DNA of 64,000 nucleotides, taken from an uncultured bacterium (lineage in GTDB: Bacteria; Bacillota; Clostridia; Oscillospirales; CAG-272). Each line of letters begins with the position of its first letter. Position 1 is the first letter of the stretch. Below, piece by piece: positions 58,539 to 64,000 of the stretch. Both the position numbers and the translations under genes were made by a program. The stretch is from positions 42,798 through 106,797 of the forward strand of contig CAMEJM010000005.1 of assembly GCA_945920215.1 (NCBI GenBank). The letters are read 5' to 3'. Below the pieces are notes generated by a model. The model saw nothing but the letters and a program-made list of their open reading frames with translations, was not told the origin of the DNA and did no database searches.

Positions 58539-59726
58539 ATGAAAGAAATCATTCTCTGCAAATACGGCGAAATCGTGCTCAAGGGCGCCAACCGCAGCTG
58601 TTTTGAAGCGCAGTTGACCAAAGAGCTGCGCCGCCGCGCCTCCCATTTCGGCGTTTTCAGAATTCATCATGCACAATCTACCATATATATAGAACCGCAG
58701 AACGAACAGGCGGACATTGACGGAATGTTCGAGAGCGCCCGCGACGTGTTCGGCATTGTCGGCGTGACCCGCGCCGCCGTCGCGGAAAAGGATATTGACG
58801 ACATCTGCCGCGTGGCGCGGGAATACCTGCCCACGGCGCTCTCGGGCGTGCGCACGTTCCGCGTGGACGCCAAGCGCTCCGACAAGTCCTTTCCCCTCGG
58901 CTCCCCCGAAATCGCCGCGACGGTCGGCGGGGCGATTCTCTCCTGCGTCCGCGGCATCAAGGTGGATCTGCACAACCCGGAAGCCATGATTCGCGTGGAG
59001 GTACGCGAGAACGGCGCGTATGTGCACGCGGCGCAGGCGCGCGGCGCGGGCGGGCTTCCCCGCGGCAGTGCCGGACGGGGGCTTCTGCTGCTCTCCGGCG
59101 GTATCGACTCTCCCGTCGCCGGCTATATGATGGCGAAGCGCGGCTTGGAAATCGAAGCCGTCCATTTTGAATCCTTCCCCTATACCAGCGAGCGCGCGCG
59201 GGAAAAGGTGTTCACCCTCGGACAGCTGCTCTGCCGCTTTACCTCCCGCCTGCACATCCACGTCATTTCCCTGACCCACGTACAGGAGGAACTTTCCCGC
59301 AAATGCGATGAAGATTATTTCACCCTGCTTCTCCGCATCTTCATGATGCGCCTGTCTCAGCGTTGCGCCGCGCAATACGGCTGCGGCGCGCTCGTCACCG
59401 GGGAAAGTCTCGGGCAGGTCGCCTCCCAGACGCTGGACGCCATCGCGGTCACGGACAGCCAGGCGGGGATCCCCGTGTTCCGCCCCTGTATCGGCATGGA
59501 CAAGGAAGAAATTGTGACGGTAGCGCGCAAAATCGGCACCTTTGACACCTCCATTCTTCCCTTTGAGGATTGCTGCACCGTCTTTACCCCCCGCCACCCC
59601 AAAACGAAACCCGTGCTTGAAAAGGTGCTCGCAGAGCTTGCCAAGGTGGACGCCGAAGCCCTCTTGGAGGAAGCATGGCAGAGTATGTACACCGAAACCC
59701 GCGTCATTTACGACGATTACCGCTGA
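58539..59726 (+). CDS. thiI: tRNA 4-thiouridine(8) synthase
   Basis: KYGEIVLKG.NR, THUMP domain, LLSGGIDSPVA, TGESLGQVASQT, EDCCTVF. Confidence 0.95.
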   Translation: MKEIILCKYGEIVLKGANRSCFEAQLTKELRRRASHFGVFRIHHAQSTIYIEPQNEQADIDGMFESARDVFGIVGVTRAAVAEKDIDDICRVAREYLPTALSGVRTFRVDAKRSDKSFPLGSPEIAATVGGAILSCVRGIKVDLHNPEAMIRVEVRENGAYVHAAQARGAGGLPRGSAGRGLLLLSGGIDSPVAGYMMAKRGLEIEAVHFESFPYTSERAREKVFTLGQLLCRFTSRLHIHVISLTHVQEELSRKCDEDYFTLLLRIFMMRLSQRCAAQYGCGALVTGESLGQVASQTLDAIAVTDSQAGIPVFRPCIGMDKEEIVTVARKIGTFDTSILPFEDCCTVFTPRHPKTKPVLEKVLAELAKVDAEALLEEAWQSMYTETRVIYDDYR

Positions 59727-59737
59727 AAGGATATACC

Positions 59738-60343
59738 ATGACGAACAAGGAAAAATTCATTGACCTCTATTCCCGTGTCATCACCCGCGAGGGCTCGCAG
59801 GAGCTGCTCGCCTACCTGACGGGTCCCTCCTCCGATTTCTTCACCGCCCCCGCCTCCACCCGTTACCACTCCGCCTATGAGGGAGGGCTTCTCGACCATT
59901 CCCTCAACGTCTACGAGTGCCTCAAAGACTATCTCGAACGGAACAAGGTCAAGGACGAGTTCGGGCTTTCCTATTCCGACGAGTCCATCGCCATCGTTTC
60001 CCTGCTCCACGACCTGTGCAAGGTCAACGTCTACCGCGTTTCCACCCGGAACGTCAAGGACCCCGTGACCGGGCAGTGGAAACCCATGCCCTACTATGAG
60101 TTTGACGATAAACTCCCCTACGGGCACGGCGAGAAATCCGTGTATATCATCTCCGGCTATATGAAGCTCACCCGTGAGGAGGCGTTTGCCATCCGCTACC
60201 ACATGGGCTTCTCCAACGAGGATGACCCGAGAAACGTCGGCGCCGCCTTTGAACAGTTCCCCCTCGCCCTCGCGCTCTCGATAGCCGACACCGAGGCAAC
60301 CTATTTTATCGAAGCAAAGCGGGAGAAAGAAGCGCGTCAGTAA
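59738..60343 (+). CDS. HD-domain hydrolase
   Basis: APASTRYH..GGLLDHS, LLHDLCK, GHGEKS, IRYHMG, AD. Confidence 0.85.
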   Translation: MTNKEKFIDLYSRVITREGSQELLAYLTGPSSDFFTAPASTRYHSAYEGGLLDHSLNVYECLKDYLERNKVKDEFGLSYSDESIAIVSLLHDLCKVNVYRVSTRNVKDPVTGQWKPMPYYEFDDKLPYGHGEKSVYIISGYMKLTREEAFAIRYHMGFSNEDDPRNVGAAFEQFPLALALSIADTEATYFIEAKREKEARQ

Positions 60344-60390
60344 CAAATCCCGTTTCCCGCTCTCATTTGGGAAACCATCCGAAGCACAGC

Positions 60391-60419
60391 AAAAGGGCAC
60401 CCGCCGCGGCGGGTGCCCT
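60391..60419. terminator. Terminator between the HD gene and groEL
   Basis: Perfect palindrome AGGGCACCCGCCGCGGCGGGTGCCCT with a T-tail on the minus strand. Confidence 0.75.
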
Positions 60420-60463
60420 CTCTGTTTGATTTGATTGTTACCTGACGTATCCGGCAGACGGTA

Positions 60464-62402
<1,939 letters not shown>

Positions 62403-62452
62403 CTATCATCCTTTCATAAAGATACCTGCCAGGGGCATCTGTAATAACTGCT

Positions 62453-62511
62453 TTAGCACTCTTTGCTTTTGAGTGCTAACCCATTTTACACTCCCTCCCA
62501 AGCATAGTCAA
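62453..62511 (-). promoter_or_regulatory. CIRCE (HrcA operator) and SigA promoter of groESL
   Basis: Perfect TTAGCACTC-N9-GAGTGCTAA (62453-62479); TTGACT-N17-TAAAAT (62511-62483). Confidence 0.95.
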
Positions 62512-62576
62512 TAGGCATTTCCTATTATTCACATTTTATTAACAATATGGAAAAATCCTGTCAAAATCATTAGCAG

Positions 62577-63305
62577 TCAACTCAGTTCACTGCGCAAAAA
62601 AGCCAATATTTTCTTTTCTTCGCGGGACACCTTGACCTGCGTCAGCCCCAGCAGATCCGCCGTCTGCTGCTGTGAAAGGTCGCGGTAATACCGCAGCAGA
62701 ATGATTTTACGCCGCAGGGGCGGCAGCTTTTCGATGGACATGGAAAGCGCCAGCCGGTCGAAGAGCTTTTCGCACGCCTCGCTGTCGCCGAGCGCGGCGC
62801 CGAGGGTGGGGCCGTCCTCCTCGTCCCCGTACAGCGTCTCGGAAAGAGAGCGCACGGGTGCCACGGCGTCCAGCGCCGTCGCCGCTTCCTCGGGGGTCAC
62901 GCCGCAGCGGGCGGCAAGCTCCTCCAGCCGCAGCTCCCGTCCGTCCTTGGTTGCCTCCTCCCGCGCGGCGGCGAGCATGGCGGCAAGCCGCTTCTGCGTG
63001 CGGGAAACCTTAATGGGCCCGTCGTCGCGCAGATGGCGGCGAATCTCCCCGAAAATCAGGGGCACCGCGTAGGTGGAAAAAGCGCACCCGCGCGCGGGGT
63101 CAAAGGTGCGCACCGCCTTGAGCAGACCGATGTTCCCGATCTGTATCAGGTCCTCGAGGTCGGTGCCACGCCCCGTAAAACGCCCGGCAATGCTCCGCAC
63201 CAGCGGCGCATTGATAACAAGCAGCTCCTCCGTTGCGTTTTCGTCCCCGTCAAGGGAACGTAACAGAAGAGCTGTATTGTCTGCATATTTGCTAACCTGT
63301 TCCAT
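62577..63305 (-). CDS. sigF: Sporulation sigma factor SigF
   Basis: DLIQIGNIGLLKA, FSTYAVP, LRDDGPIKVSR, QVKVSREEKK; third gene of a spoIIA operon. Confidence 0.88.
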   Translation of the reverse strand: MEQVSKYADNTALLLRSLDGDENATEELLVINAPLVRSIAGRFTGRGTDLEDLIQIGNIGLLKAVRTFDPARGCAFSTYAVPLIFGEIRRHLRDDGPIKVSRTQKRLAAMLAAAREEATKDGRELRLEELAARCGVTPEEAATALDAVAPVRSLSETLYGDEEDGPTLGAALGDSEACEKLFDRLALSMSIEKLPPLRRKIILLRYYRDLSQQQTADLLGLTQVKVSREEKKILAFLRSELS

Positions 63306-63327
63306 TCCTAACCTTTCACACAGACGG

Positions 63328-63771
63328 TCAGGAGAGGGTTTTGTATAGGGTAACCTTGGTGCCCGCCCCTACCTCGGAGGAAACCTCTACACGGTCGCAG
63401 AACGCCTCCATGACGGAGAAGCCCATACCGCTGCGGTCCCCCGAATGGTCGGTGGTGAACAACGGCTCCCGCGCCGCCTCCACATCGGCGATTCCCCGCC
63501 CGTGGTCGCGCACGCTGATTTTCAGGCTGCGGTCTGCGTAGAGTGTAACCGCTATGTAAAGGAGCTCCTCTCCCGGCTTCTCCGGGGAACCGTAACCGTG
63601 CACAATGGCATTGGTGACCGCCTCGGAGAGCGCGCAGCGGATATCTCCGAGCTCCGCCATCGTCGGATTGAGGCAGGAAACCATCGCACAGACTATGGAG
63701 CGCGCCATGCGCTCGTTCTCACTGATTGCCGGTATCACCAGCTTCATGGTGTTGACATACGCGCGTCTCAT
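63328..63771 (-). CDS. spoIIAB: Anti-sigma F factor / kinase
   Basis: SENE..AR, SEAVTNAIVHGY, DHGRGI, PLFTT..RSGMGF. Confidence 0.93.
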   Translation of the reverse strand: MRRAYVNTMKLVIPAISENERMARSIVCAMVSCLNPTMAELGDIRCALSEAVTNAIVHGYGSPEKPGEELLYIAVTLYADRSLKISVRDHGRGIADVEAAREPLFTTDHSGDRSGMGFSVMEAFCDRVEVSSEVGAGTKVTLYKTLS

Positions 63772-64000
63772 ACTGCTTCCTCCTCATCCTCCACGATCAG
63801 TCCCTGCAAGCGGTTTGCCCCGGCGAGGGAAAGAATGGTGCGAATCCGTTCTCCCACATGCACCAAGCGCATTTCGCAGGCAAGCTCCCGCGCTACGTTC
63901 AGGCGGCCGAGAATCAGCCCCAACCCGCTGGAATCCATGAACGAAACGTGCTCCAGCGAAAGCAGAAACAGCCGCGGGCGGTGCATGAACAGCTCTGTGT
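63768..64000 (-). CDS. spoIIAA: Anti-sigma F antagonist (5' end outside the window)
   Basis: STAS motif VSFMDSSGLGLILGR; overlaps the spoIIAB start. Confidence 0.88.
   Translation of the reverse strand, partial: TELFMHRPRLFLLSLEHVSFMDSSGLGLILGRLNVARELACEMRLVHVGERIRTILSLAGANRLQGLIVEDEEEAV

Overview
GC-rich (roughly 60% by eye) chromosomal segment from a spore-forming Clostridia-class Firmicute (spoIIAA-spoIIAB-sigF, a SpoIIQ-like M23 gene, CIRCE, T-box, L10 leader). It is mostly housekeeping: yebC-argS-cmk-like, rsmG, ABC-F, pgk-tpiA, rlmH, iscS-like, murD, rnpB, a TPP riboswitch with thiT/thiN, typA, hom, uvrBA, an arsR-HMA-cadA metal operon, der-obgE, nrdR-yicC-remA-rpoZ-priA-def-fmt-rsmB-rlmN-rsgA, rplJL, valS, thiI, groESL. 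I saw no CRISPR array, transposase, integrase, rRNA or tRNA. The most unusual items are: (1) an intact trimeric dUTPase fused in frame to about 8 SEL1-like repeats, directly downstream of uvrBA; (2) an archaeal-type cytidylate kinase with a degenerate ParB/Srx-like C-terminal domain; (3) an ABC-F ATPase whose second NBD lacks Walker A and has a natural E-to-Q Walker B; (4) a lower-GC lipoprotein gene right after rlmH, flanked by two long unexplained hairpins; (5) a lower-GC XRE-linked islet with a decayed LRR tail. All family calls come from motif recognition by eye; no database search was run.
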